Shown piece after piece: positions 40,667-50,856 of a stretch of 64,000 nt of DNA. The notes under the pieces were generated by a model that made no database searches, was not told where the DNA came from, and saw only the letters and a list, made by a program, of their open reading frames with translations. A program made the translations under genes and the position numbers. The first letter of the stretch is position 1; every line of letters starts with the position of its first letter. This DNA is from Candidatus Poribacteria bacterium (GTDB lineage Bacteria; Poribacteria; WGA-4E; WGA-3G): NCBI GenBank assembly GCA_965198235.1, contig OZ240248.1, forward strand, positions 1,344,001 to 1,408,000, read 5' to 3'.

Positions 40667-42550
40667 ATGCCGAAGATTAAAATACTCTCCGCAGATGTTG
40701 CCAATAAAATCGCCGCGGGCGAAGTTGTCGAACGTCCTGCATCAGTCGTCAAGGAACTCGTTGAAAACGCTATAGATGCAGGAGGCACCTCTATCCGCGT
40801 CGAAATTCGGGCAGGCGGGAAACGCCTCATCCGCGTGTCTGATAACGGTGCCGGTATGGAACGCGAGGACGCACTCCTCGCCTTGGAACGCCACGCGACG
40901 AGCAAAGTGAACGGTATTGAGGACCTTGAGTGTATTCAAACCTTTGGGTTCCGCGGCGAAGCTTTAGCAAGTATCGCCTCCGTTTCACAATGTGAGCTCC
41001 TCACCCGCACCGCTGACGCCCTTGAGGGAACAAAGGTGGACGTTGAGGGCGGCGTTTTCCGTTCTGTGAAAGAAAGCGGATGTTCCCCCGGCACCCACAT
41101 GTCGATTAACAACCTCTTTTACAATGTCCCCGCACGTCTGAAATTCCTCAAAACCGATACGACCGAAATGAACCATATCACGAATCAGGTGACATGGGCT
41201 GCACTCGCGCATCCGAAAATCCATTTTTCGCTGGCGCACAACGGCAGAGCGGTACTTGATGTCCGTTCCTGTGATTCATATCTCGAACGAGCACGCCTCC
41301 TCTACGGCAGAGAGTTCGCCGAAAACCTCATCGAATTTACAGAGGAGCTGCCTGACCTGAAGATGTACGGTTTGCTCGGTAAACCCGAATTTACGAAGCC
41401 GAATCGAGAATATCAACTCTTTTTCCTCAACCAGCGACCCATACGCAGCCGTATCATCGGCGCAGCATTGACAGAAGCACTCGACGCAATGGTTGCCAAA
41501 GACAGGCAACCTGTTGCGCTACTTTTCCTAACACTGGAACCCGAAACGGTCGATGTTAATGTGCATCCCGCCAAATTCGAGGTGCGCTTTCGCAACGAGC
41601 GGACGATTTATAGTGGGGTCGTCCGGATGCTTCGGGACGCTGTCCATAGAGCAAAATATATCCCCAAAATTGAGACCCCCATTGAACCGACGCAATCCAA
41701 GGGAGAGACTGAAGGTTCCCGTGATACCCCGCTATCACAACGGGTTTCCACACCGGGGTCCCCACCCGTTGCTGGGAGGGGGCAACGGACAACGCCTATT
41801 GCACAAGTGCATCGCAGGCAAACGTCTCCTGTCACGCCACAAGAGACAGAGAGCAGCGATCAGGAAACTATCAACACTTCGGAAGCGCAAACGCCGTCTA
41901 TCCCTACTGAAATCGTTGTACAGCCACCACAGCAGCGGATTCCTGATGATGCAAATCTCAGTCTGCTCGACTTTGAGAACGTCCAGCTCAAGACGAACCT
42001 CTTTAAAACCTACATTGTCGTCGAGTCGGGAGATAAAATCTTCTTCATCGACCAGCACGTCGCTGCTGAACGCGTCCTTTATGAACGTTTCGTCAACCAG
42101 GTGGAAACCGATGGAATTCCTGTGCAGGGGTTGCTACTGCCGGTAACTTTAGAAGTTACACCACAGCAGCTTGGAGTCCTCAAAATTCACGGCGATATCT
42201 TCAAGAAACTCGGCTTCGATCTGGACGAATTCGGTGGGAATACCATCCTAATTCGTGCGATTCCGTCGCCTTTACCAACCCGCGTCGCCGCGCAGACCGT
42301 CACCGATCTGCTTGACAAACTTCCCGAAGCACCACATACCGACGTACAAATCCCGGAGGCACTCGACAACGCCCTGATAACGCTCGCCTGCAAATCGGCT
42401 GTCAAAGCGGGGGACACATTGGATACGAAAGAGATGATCAACCTCATTAAGGAACTCTCCGAGGCGAAACTCCCGTTCAATTGTCCACACTCACGTCCTA
42501 TCATCGTCGAGATGGGGCGCGATGAATTGGAACGTCGATTCCACCGGTAA
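40667..42550 (+). CDS. mutL: DNA mismatch repair endonuclease MutL
   Basis: IAAGEVVERPASVVKELVEN, GFRGEAL, DVNVHPAK, DQHVAAER, ACKSAVK, CPHSRP. Confidence 0.97.
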   Translation: MPKIKILSADVANKIAAGEVVERPASVVKELVENAIDAGGTSIRVEIRAGGKRLIRVSDNGAGMEREDALLALERHATSKVNGIEDLECIQTFGFRGEALASIASVSQCELLTRTADALEGTKVDVEGGVFRSVKESGCSPGTHMSINNLFYNVPARLKFLKTDTTEMNHITNQVTWAALAHPKIHFSLAHNGRAVLDVRSCDSYLERARLLYGREFAENLIEFTEELPDLKMYGLLGKPEFTKPNREYQLFFLNQRPIRSRIIGAALTEALDAMVAKDRQPVALLFLTLEPETVDVNVHPAKFEVRFRNERTIYSGVVRMLRDAVHRAKYIPKIETPIEPTQSKGETEGSRDTPLSQRVSTPGSPPVAGRGQRTTPIAQVHRRQTSPVTPQETESSDQETINTSEAQTPSIPTEIVVQPPQQRIPDDANLSLLDFENVQLKTNLFKTYIVVESGDKIFFIDQHVAAERVLYERFVNQVETDGIPVQGLLLPVTLEVTPQQLGVLKIHGDIFKKLGFDLDEFGGNTILIRAIPSPLPTRVAAQTVTDLLDKLPEAPHTDVQIPEALDNALITLACKSAVKAGDTLDTKEMINLIKELSEAKLPFNCPHSRPIIVEMGRDELERRFHR

Positions 42551-42642
42551 ATTATGGTAACCCAAGTTACTATGGTGAATCCTAAAAACAAATAGACACT
42601 TTCCCCTCCTGGTAGACAAGGTTTCCTAACCTCGCCAGTGGT

Positions 42643-43260
42643 AGTGCTAAAGCGTTTCCACCCGCTTCACCCGCAGATGGAAACTATTTAGTCCTCGATG
42701 GGGACGACGACCACGCCGTTTTAGATTTTGGAACTTTCGGTAGACCTTTACCCAACGGTACGGAAGAGTTCACCGTCGAAGCATGGATATATCCCACCAC
42801 ACCGCCCGACAACAAGGACACGTTATTAACGATACTCCATCAACAGGTGCGTATAATCATCGTGAACGATGAATTTCAACCGCTACTAAATAATCTGGTT
42901 AATGCGCTAAATATCGAGCACCCGAAGGGGGACCTAATCTTGCTAATGAGTGCCTATCTTGACGGAGAGCCCGGTCGGAGATTACCTTTCCCGATCCCGC
43001 TTGAGCTGAACCAGTGGCACCACATCGCTTATCAGTCAAATGGGCCTCACACAACAATGATCGTCAATGATTTCGTAGCGATATGGCCACACGGCTTTCC
43101 TCTCGGACACAGGGCTTGGCTTCCACTGGACTTCGTGCTTGGAGGGTTTGGAAAAATAATTGAGGTGCCTGTTGGTCCGAAAGAGATATGGTTTTGGGAT
43201 TCCTTTACTGGATATATTGATGAGGTTCGCATCTCAACGGAGGCTCGTTACGATGTCGAC
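42643..43260 (+). pseudogene. LamG-domain gene remnant without N-terminus
   Basis: Open frame GNYLVLDGDDD..FTVEAWIYP..QWHHIAY..FTGYIDEVRIS; in-frame stop at 42613 and no start codon before the domain. Confidence 0.6.
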
Positions 43261-43400
43261 TCTCGAAATCGGAACACGGGCTATCTTGGTGTGAATTGTG
43301 GCAGTCAATGCACGCTTGTGCGACTGCGGTGTCCGCATAGACAGCAGTGAAAAAAAATGGGCGGATTTTCACATCCACCCAGTCAAAAAAAAAGAAAAGC

Positions 43401-45290
43401 CTAAAGAACCCACACAACCATCTGTCCCTCGCCGCGATTGCACCATGCGTAATACGGAATTGCCGTAACATCTGTGCGCTTCATAAGTGGTTTTGAATGT
43501 AGATAGAGGTTATTTCCCCAATCGGTGGCATCAAGCACCGTCCCCGCACCGCGGATAAGGGTAACACCCCCCAAGAGTTCACTGTCAAATGCTATTTCTA
43601 AGGGTGCACCATCTACCAGCGACAACGTGTGGAAAACGCCATCGGGATTGTCCACGTCCTCAAAGCAGTAGACCAGAGGACCGCGGCGCAGCGCAAACCG
43701 TCCGAGGTTTTCTTTAACAAGTGGATGTGCGTAAACCCGCTCAATCGGCATAGCGAGTGTCAGGTTAACTGTATCCTTTGCTTGCCACTGTCGCTCAATT
43801 GAGAGGTACCCGTTCGCGTTCGTTTCTGGCGTGTGAACCGATCCATTGACACACACTTCAAACGCGTCACACCAAGCAGGGATTCGTAAGTTCAATCCGA
43901 ATGTTACAGGCGTTTCCGGTTCCACCGTTATCTTGACATCGCCCGACCATGGATAATCCGTTTCCTGAGTTACTTTCACCGAAACGTCTCCGGTAACAGT
44001 CGCGTCGGCGGTGCCACCGATATATAGGTTCACCCATACACCTTCGTCCGATTCGGCATAGGCGTACTGTCCGACGGATGCGAGAAGTCGTGCGATATTC
44101 GGTGGGCAACACGCGCAGCCAAACCACTCATGCCGATGCCGACCGCCGTGGCTTGCCAGTGGATTCTGATAGAAGAAGCCCGTGCCATCAAGTGAGATTC
44201 CTGAGAGCGCACCGTTGTAAAGTGCCGTCTCCAATACATCAACAAAGCGCGACTCACCGCGCAATAGGAACATTCGGTGTGCCCAAAATATCAGTCCGAT
44301 AGACGCACACGTCTCGGCGTAGGCGGAGACGTTCGGTAACTCATAATCGTTTGTGAAACCTTCGTTGTGTCCAGAAGGACCCACACCACCGGTGACATAT
44401 AAACGTTTCTCTGTTACGTTCCGCCAAAGCACTTCCAGGGCATTTATAATTGCGGTATCGCCTGTCTCATAAGCGATGTCGGCAGCGGCACTGTAAAGAT
44501 ACATCGCTCGCACCGCGTGTCCAACGCATTCTCTTTGTGCCTGTATCGGGAGATGCGCTTGTGCGTAATGCCCCTCAAATTTTCCATCACGCGTGAAGTG
44601 ATGTCGATACGCGTCGAGCCCACCGGGAATGTCCGGATTCTCTAATTCCTTCTCAAAGACCGAGGGTGAATGTCCACGTCGGGTGACAAAGTATTCCGCG
44701 AGTGCCGAGTAGCGTGCTTCACCTGTAACGTCCGCCAACTTCACGAGCGCGAGTTCAATGCCTTCATGTCCGGGCAGTCCGTCTTGCTTGCCGGGACCAA
44801 AGATGTTATCGATTAGGTCTGCGAATCGGCATGCAACGTCAAGCAGGGTACCCTTTCCAGTAGCTTGATAATGCGCAACGGCTGCTTCGAACAGGTGTCC
44901 GGCGCAATAGAGTTCGTGCATGATGCCGAGGTTTTGCCACCGCTGCGTTGGCTCGACCAGCGTGAAATAGGAATTCAGGTAACCATCAGGCTGTTGGCTC
45001 GCCGCGATCTTTGCGATGACCTCATCCAACTCCGCTTCCCATTCCGGGTTCGGATGCGTCCGAAGCGTATACGATGCTGCCTCCACCCATTTGTGGACAT
45101 CGGAATCGTTGAAGAAAATACCTTCAAATTCTCCGGACATCAAGCCAGCGGCTTTCGCGAAGTTATCTATTCTACCGGTGGTTCGGCACTGGACCAGTTC
45201 ATGCGGGATCGTTACCTCGGAATTCGTCTGCTGCCGAGGTGCCCAAAACCGATCGCTAATTGTAACAGCCGTAAACGGAAGAGCTCTCAA
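43401..45290 (-). CDS. Glycoside hydrolase family 127 (beta-L-arabinofuranosidase-like)
   Basis: DSDVHKWVEA, HELYCAGHL, GHAVRAMY, YAETCAS, CACCPPN, RGPLVYC. Confidence 0.93.
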   Translation of the reverse strand: MRALPFTAVTISDRFWAPRQQTNSEVTIPHELVQCRTTGRIDNFAKAAGLMSGEFEGIFFNDSDVHKWVEAASYTLRTHPNPEWEAELDEVIAKIAASQQPDGYLNSYFTLVEPTQRWQNLGIMHELYCAGHLFEAAVAHYQATGKGTLLDVACRFADLIDNIFGPGKQDGLPGHEGIELALVKLADVTGEARYSALAEYFVTRRGHSPSVFEKELENPDIPGGLDAYRHHFTRDGKFEGHYAQAHLPIQAQRECVGHAVRAMYLYSAAADIAYETGDTAIINALEVLWRNVTEKRLYVTGGVGPSGHNEGFTNDYELPNVSAYAETCASIGLIFWAHRMFLLRGESRFVDVLETALYNGALSGISLDGTGFFYQNPLASHGGRHRHEWFGCACCPPNIARLLASVGQYAYAESDEGVWVNLYIGGTADATVTGDVSVKVTQETDYPWSGDVKITVEPETPVTFGLNLRIPAWCDAFEVCVNGSVHTPETNANGYLSIERQWQAKDTVNLTLAMPIERVYAHPLVKENLGRFALRRGPLVYCFEDVDNPDGVFHTLSLVDGAPLEIAFDSELLGGVTLIRGAGTVLDATDWGNNLYLHSKPLMKRTDVTAIPYYAWCNRGEGQMVVWVL

Positions 45291-45328
45291 AATTTTATCC
45301 TCATTCTATAAATCGGGTGAGTGTAGAA

Positions 45329-46015
45329 CTAACGGCTTCTCACGCTAATCCCTTGGAACGCTTCTGTAGGTAAGTATCTCCCCAACACGTTCTGAACGTC
45401 TATTTCCGAGAGTTGTTGTGGTGTGATTAAAACACATTTGTTCCGCGAACTCCTGCTCCAAGTTGTCTCAAAATCTTCATATTTCAATCGGCGTTTGGTA
45501 AGACTGATCGGATTCTGAAGTGATATTTCGCCTAACTGGTCGTTGTAATCGGACAAGGATAAGATCTCTGGGCTTCGTCCTTGGAATTGGATCATCACGA
45601 TAGGAGGCCACCCTTTCGCAATAAATGCCTTCAGGACATCGAGCGAACCGTTGGAGATAATGGCAACGTGCTGCACTCTACCACGAGTCGTGACATAAAA
45701 ATCGTCGAGGCCACCTCTGCTCCCAACGCGCGGGGGTTTTTTGAAGGCGTTTCTGACGTACGGCAGTTTCTGTAACTGGACGGTAGCACTATCAGGGAGG
45801 CTGGCTTGGCTCTGCCCGGATTGCGGCCTCGTGTTCCTCTCAGCGGCGGCAAGTGCCGTTTCAGGAACATGATATTGTCCTTGCGGAGGGGGACCGCAGT
45901 TTATTGCCAGAAACACGAAAATGAGCGATGCCACACAAGCACCCACCGTTGAATATGACGAACCCGTAAGTAGTGATTGACGAAATTTCCTTAAATAAGA
46001 CAGATGGTGTTTCAC
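45329..46015 (-). CDS. Hypothetical lipoprotein (possibly degenerate peptidase C39-like fold)
   Basis: Lipobox-like LAINC; LKAFIAKGWPPIV..DYND..FETTW pattern. Confidence 0.55.
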   Translation of the reverse strand: MKHHLSYLRKFRQSLLTGSSYSTVGACVASLIFVFLAINCGPPPQGQYHVPETALAAAERNTRPQSGQSQASLPDSATVQLQKLPYVRNAFKKPPRVGSRGGLDDFYVTTRGRVQHVAIISNGSLDVLKAFIAKGWPPIVMIQFQGRSPEILSLSDYNDQLGEISLQNPISLTKRRLKYEDFETTWSRSSRNKCVLITPQQLSEIDVQNVLGRYLPTEAFQGISVRSR

Positions 46016-46074
46016 GGTTCATTCCTCCTTACATATAGAAACGGTTTGCGTGAGATATGGTTTACGTGTCATTT

Positions 46075-47094
46075 TTAATCGATCTGAACCGCGACTTCCC
46101 GTTTTTCCTTCCACGATTCCACAATAGCTTCAGTAATACGTAACGCTTGCAAACCATCTCTCCCCGTTGGGGCAGGCGACCGATCGGCGAGTAAGTCATC
46201 GACGAGGGCAGCCACCCGTAAGGCGAATGTTCCATCAAACGCAAGTTGTTCGTCTCTAAAAATAGAGGGACGGTATTCTTCGACGACCTGATTGTCCCGT
46301 CTCATCAAGGTTGCACGTGTGAGGACATTATCAACGACGATTTCGCCAGCGGAACCGCAGATTTCAAGTCGCTCGATCGGATGGATGAAATCGCTATCCC
46401 AACTCGCCATCAACGTAGCGACTGCTTCTGTTTCATAACGGAAAGAGATAGCCATGCTGGTATAACAGGCATCTTCGCCCTCACGCGCTTCATGTTGCCG
46501 CGGCTTCGCCATTTGCACACAAACAGCGACAATTTCACCGCCAAACCATCGAAGCAGGTCAATCGCGTGGGTTTCCAGTTCATAGAGCAGGTAATAGTCG
46601 CCTTTCCACGTTGAAGCCGGTCCACCTTGAGATAGTTTCATATCTAAGTAGTAAGTCTGCCCAATAGCACCCGCATCAAACCACTTGCGGGCTTGGACAT
46701 ACCCAGGGGCGAACCGACGATTGTAATCTATAGCAAGGTGGACACCTTTTTCGTCTGCCTTCACAACCATCTGTTCTGCTTCATCAATATAAAGTGACAA
46801 CGGTTTTTCAGAGATAACATGTTTCCCGGCTTCCAGACATTCCATCACGGGTTCAAAGTGCAGGTAATCCGCGGTTACAACGTCTACGAGGTCGCACTCT
46901 TCATTCGCAAGCATCTCTTTGATGGAAGGGTACCACTTCGCGATGCCGAGTTCTTCAGCACGTGTCTTCGCTTTAGCAGTATCTATATCGCATACTGCCA
47001 CCAATTCCGCACCCGGATGCTGAAGATACCCCAGTTGATGACGATGACCGATGCCACCGCACCCAACTGCTGCTACTTTCAGTTTCCCTGCCAT
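46075..47094 (-). CDS. Gfo/Idh/MocA family oxidoreductase
   Basis: VAAVGCGGIG, GKHVISEKP, NRRF, HAIDLLRW. Confidence 0.92.
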   Translation of the reverse strand: MAGKLKVAAVGCGGIGHRHQLGYLQHPGAELVAVCDIDTAKAKTRAEELGIAKWYPSIKEMLANEECDLVDVVTADYLHFEPVMECLEAGKHVISEKPLSLYIDEAEQMVVKADEKGVHLAIDYNRRFAPGYVQARKWFDAGAIGQTYYLDMKLSQGGPASTWKGDYYLLYELETHAIDLLRWFGGEIVAVCVQMAKPRQHEAREGEDACYTSMAISFRYETEAVATLMASWDSDFIHPIERLEICGSAGEIVVDNVLTRATLMRRDNQVVEEYRPSIFRDEQLAFDGTFALRVAALVDDLLADRSPAPTGRDGLQALRITEAIVESWKEKREVAVQID

Positions 47095-47548
47095 GATTGT
47101 GTTCTCCTTTACGCGCTAGGGCGCGCCGTGAGCACACTGTGCTCCTACCAAAGTTCTGATGAAGACTGACAACCTTCTGCTCAAAATTTTTTCTTCTGTT
47201 TATTATATTGGCTTACAAATTTCGACCTAAACATATAATATACAATGCAAAAAAAAATAACAAGGGAAAATTTTTCAACAGTTCCCTTAGACCAAAACGG
47301 GGACATTTATACGAAGTGGGTGTTCTGCGACAGCAACCACGCTCCATCGCTGTGGGGTTTTAACTCCATCGGTGTATCGTTAATGGTTGGCTCAATATAG
47401 TTTTAGCGTGCGTTCGGCACGGGACCTTGGAATAGAGTATAATTTCTTAAAACTGAATGACCCTGTAGGTGGCAACTTGCGTTATTGCTAAAGTAGTGAT
47501 TTTTATGTTATACTACCTTTTACCATGTTTTCAAGGAGGGGCACCGCG

Positions 47549-47989
47549 ATGAACTGTCCGCGCTGCAAACGGGAAGACGTTGTTAAAAATGGGAAAGCCA
47601 GGGAACGCCAACGCTATAAATGTAAATCTTGTGGATTTCAGTTTACACGACTTACCTCCCGTGGAAGACCGCCATGGCAAAGAGCCTTAGCGGTGTTCCT
47701 ATACTGTCGTGGGATTTCTATAAGCACAATCGCGCGGATGTTTTCAGTATCACCGAGTACCGTCTTCAAATGGATTCGGAAATTTGGCACACCGCTCGGA
47801 CCTACCCCTGAATCTGCTGCAAAGGGTGTGGTTCTTCTTGACGACGCTGAAATATCACAGTATCTGAAAACACAGAGCGAAAGCTGCGAATCTGGAAAAA
47901 TTTTTGTCGTCATACCGGAAGACGTGTCGTCTGAAAATGTAGTCGTCGGAATAAAACGAGATGGACGCAGAGAAAATCGTCGACACTAA
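47549..47989 (+). CDS. IS1 InsA-like Zn-ribbon + HTH protein without a full catalytic domain
   Basis: CPRC..VVKNG...QRYKCKSCG..F; HTH ISTIARMFSVSPSTVFKWIRK; AAGGAGG RBS. Confidence 0.75.
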   Translation: MNCPRCKREDVVKNGKARERQRYKCKSCGFQFTRLTSRGRPPWQRALAVFLYCRGISISTIARMFSVSPSTVFKWIRKFGTPLGPTPESAAKGVVLLDDAEISQYLKTQSESCESGKIFVVIPEDVSSENVVVGIKRDGRRENRRH

Positions 47990-48179
47990 CGAGACTCAAA
48001 ACACGGGGACCTGTGAACACGAAGAATTTGCTAATCTCCCTTTCTTAGGAATGTGGGCAGATCCGGCGGATATGCAGGACAGTGTAGCGTGGGTACGGAA
48101 ACAGAGAGAAAAATGGATAGAACGGCTCACGAACAGAATTTGCCTCTCTATACCAAGAAGACGCGCCACTTTCACATGA
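47961..48179 (+). CDS. Small antitoxin-like protein or remnant
   Basis: FLGMWAD..DMQDSVAWVRKQRE.W resembles the C-terminus of VapB/DUF2281-type antitoxins. Confidence 0.45.
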   Translation: MDAEKIVDTNETQNTGTCEHEEFANLPFLGMWADPADMQDSVAWVRKQREKWIERLTNRICLSIPRRRATFT

Positions 48180-48238
48180 TTCCAGGATTAACAGTTGTTC
48201 GACCATATTAAACCCTCAAGGCAGGAAGACTTTTCGCT

Positions 48239-49129
48239 ATGCAAAACATATATTTAAGATGGTGGGGATGCGGCGCATTTGACGTACGCTTTGGAGACAT
48301 CAATATCGCTTTCGATCCATATCTGTTTGGTCAGAACTTAGCGGATGCCCAACCCATATACGACTATATCTTCATATCCCACGAACACTTCGACCACTGC
48401 CACCCCGTGACCTTGCAAAAATTGTGTTGCGGTGAGCGTTTTAAAAAGTTATTTATCAACGTTGGTTGTATGACCCCCGCACAACCCATCGCCGAGAAAT
48501 ACGGAGATGCCGCCTTTGCGCGCGATCTACCGATTACCAAGCATGTCCCCGCCGATAAGGTCCAGGTTCTCTATCCAAAACATCTCAACGAAAAACAGGG
48601 ATTATCGCGCACCTTTCAAGGTTCAGACACGCTCGATCTTGGCGATATTCATGTCGAGACGATTGAAAGCGGCGAGAACCAAACGCCAAATCTCCCGACA
48701 AACGGTTATCTGATAACACACACGGCAAAAAATGTCTCTGTTCTACACACGGGCGACTTGCACGAACCCTACCCGGCGTTAGCAAACCTCCGCGGGAAGG
48801 TTGATTTCCTGATCCACATGAAACTCGGTCTCGGTGAGGGGCTTGCGTCCCGGCTTATAGAACTTGTAGAATTAATCCAACCGCGCTTCGTGATACCGAC
48901 GCATTACCGAACCGACCGGAAATCCGATCCGATACCAACGGGGCATTGGCCCCCAAATGTCACCGATGAAATGGCGTTTATTGAATCAATCCGTGAAATA
49001 GTAGGTGACAGAACGTCCCTCCTCCCTTTCACCGCAGGCATAGAATATGAGGTAAAAATGCCAGAGAAACGGGTTATCTGGAAATGGGAGTGGTTCAACA
49101 CATGGGACGTTCCACCTTGGAGGGAATAG
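48239..49129 (+). CDS. MBL-fold metallo-hydrolase (UlaG-like)
   Basis: DPY, ISHEHFDHC, LHTGD, IPTHY. Confidence 0.85.
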   Translation: MQNIYLRWWGCGAFDVRFGDINIAFDPYLFGQNLADAQPIYDYIFISHEHFDHCHPVTLQKLCCGERFKKLFINVGCMTPAQPIAEKYGDAAFARDLPITKHVPADKVQVLYPKHLNEKQGLSRTFQGSDTLDLGDIHVETIESGENQTPNLPTNGYLITHTAKNVSVLHTGDLHEPYPALANLRGKVDFLIHMKLGLGEGLASRLIELVELIQPRFVIPTHYRTDRKSDPIPTGHWPPNVTDEMAFIESIREIVGDRTSLLPFTAGIEYEVKMPEKRVIWKWEWFNTWDVPPWRE

Positions 49130-49324
49130 AATTCCCGCAGGTGGTTTTCTGAGAGCAAGGAGCCATTCTGATGAAACCGACCATTTCTCTTACAAATACC
49201 GGGGGATGTCAACAGTGATGGCGTGACTTCCGATCTTCAACCCCAGCGGGGTGATATGTCTATAGGGGAACAATGCCCGGGAGCCCATAGTTAAAAAATC
49301 GCAAAAGTTTGGAGAGTATATATC

Positions 49325-50335
49325 GTGTCAACAACACCGCGCGTCCGTGTCGCTTTCTATGGATGTGGGAACTTCGCGAACCGAACCCGCATCCCGAACC
49401 TATTACAGACAAATTCGGTGGATATTGTCGCTGCGTGCGATAGCAACTTACGGACGGCACAAGAAACAGCCGAACACTTCAAAATTCCGAGCGTCTACCA
49501 AGACGCACACGAAATGCTTGACACCGAAGCGATTGACGTGCTATACTCTATCGTACCGGCGTACGTACGAACCAATGTTGAATCGACTGCTGCAGAAAAG
49601 GGTATCCACATCTTCAGTGAGAAGCCACAGGCACTCACGATGCAGGTTGCCCACCGAATCAATAACGCCATTCAACAAGCAGGGGTTATCAGCACCGTTG
49701 GGTTTCGTGAACGGTATCGTCCGATCTTTCAAAAAGCTCGCCGATATTTGACGGACAAACATATCGTGCATGTCCGGTTTCAGAGTTTCGGGGGCTTACC
49801 GCCCTCAACAGACGGTGGACCCAAAACATGGTGGGAAGAGATGGACAAATCTGGGGGGAGTGCCCTCGATTGGGGGGTTCACGCAACCGATTATACACGA
49901 TTCATGACGGGATTGAACGTTGCCAAATCCCAAGCGTTTTATTGTGAACGCCCAGCTTACGCGAATGCTCTGTCTACCAGTTTCAATTACTGCTTTGAGA
50001 ACGGTGCTACGATGACACTCAACTTTGTCGCAGCCGGTCCGGGTCCGAAAACTGAACCGCGATTTACTATCTTCTATGAAGGCGGATGCCTCGAAATTCA
50101 CGGATACGATAGGATTATAGTGAATGGCGAGGTCCTTTACCAAGCCGACGAATTCGATCCGTGGTTGGAACAGGACAAAACCTTTATCCGCGCCCTTCAA
50201 TCTGGGGATGCAAGTCTTTTGCAAAGTGATTATTACGATGGGCTCTTCTCTTTAGCCCCTATTTTAGCAGGTTGGGAGTCTTCCCGCCGCGGCGGAGAGT
50301 GTATTGATGTCGCGGTGTTCATGGATGATGCATAA
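49325..50335 (+). CDS. Gfo/Idh/MocA family oxidoreductase
   Basis: FYGCGNFA, GIHIFSEKP, SGGSALDWGVHATD. Confidence 0.9.
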   Translation: MSTTPRVRVAFYGCGNFANRTRIPNLLQTNSVDIVAACDSNLRTAQETAEHFKIPSVYQDAHEMLDTEAIDVLYSIVPAYVRTNVESTAAEKGIHIFSEKPQALTMQVAHRINNAIQQAGVISTVGFRERYRPIFQKARRYLTDKHIVHVRFQSFGGLPPSTDGGPKTWWEEMDKSGGSALDWGVHATDYTRFMTGLNVAKSQAFYCERPAYANALSTSFNYCFENGATMTLNFVAAGPGPKTEPRFTIFYEGGCLEIHGYDRIIVNGEVLYQADEFDPWLEQDKTFIRALQSGDASLLQSDYYDGLFSLAPILAGWESSRRGGECIDVAVFMDDA

Positions 50336-50379
50336 TTTAAATGGCTGTCAGCCGAAAACTAATACATAAAGGAAAAAAT

Positions 50380-50595
50380 ATGGATGCAAAATTGAAAAAA
50401 ATTCAGATTACGCCAATGAAATTCGATAAACAGGGCGAAATACAAAAAGAAGAGTTCGCTACGCTCACCATTGAAGTACCGATGGATAGCACAGGACAAC
50501 GTGCCGCAATTATAGAGTTGTGTGAACTCCTCGATCAAGAATGGGTTGTTGTGGAGGTTGAGGGCAAAACGGTCGTGGCTGTCAACACCGCTTAA
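50380..50595 (+). CDS. Small hypothetical protein
   Basis: AAAGGA RBS; 71-aa ORF of protein-like composition. Confidence 0.6.
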   Translation: MDAKLKKIQITPMKFDKQGEIQKEEFATLTIEVPMDSTGQRAAIIELCELLDQEWVVVEVEGKTVVAVNTA

Positions 50596-50856
50596 GGTGT
50601 GAGTAAAGGGGATAGAGTCTTCGAGGTACAAATTCCCATTTCCGTTGAACTTCACCGAAAACCATCGTGGAGTGTTTTTCTAACTATGGAAATCTGGTCA
50701 CTGCTCCATTATATTCCTTGCCCCTTCCCAGTAACGGGTGGGGACCCCGGTTTTTGGTTAGTGCCAACACATCCCAGGGGTTCAAAGGTTTTTGACTTCA
50801 CCAGAAACCGTTGTGAAACGAAGTGGAACAACGCCCAGGAGCCCATAGTTAAAAAA

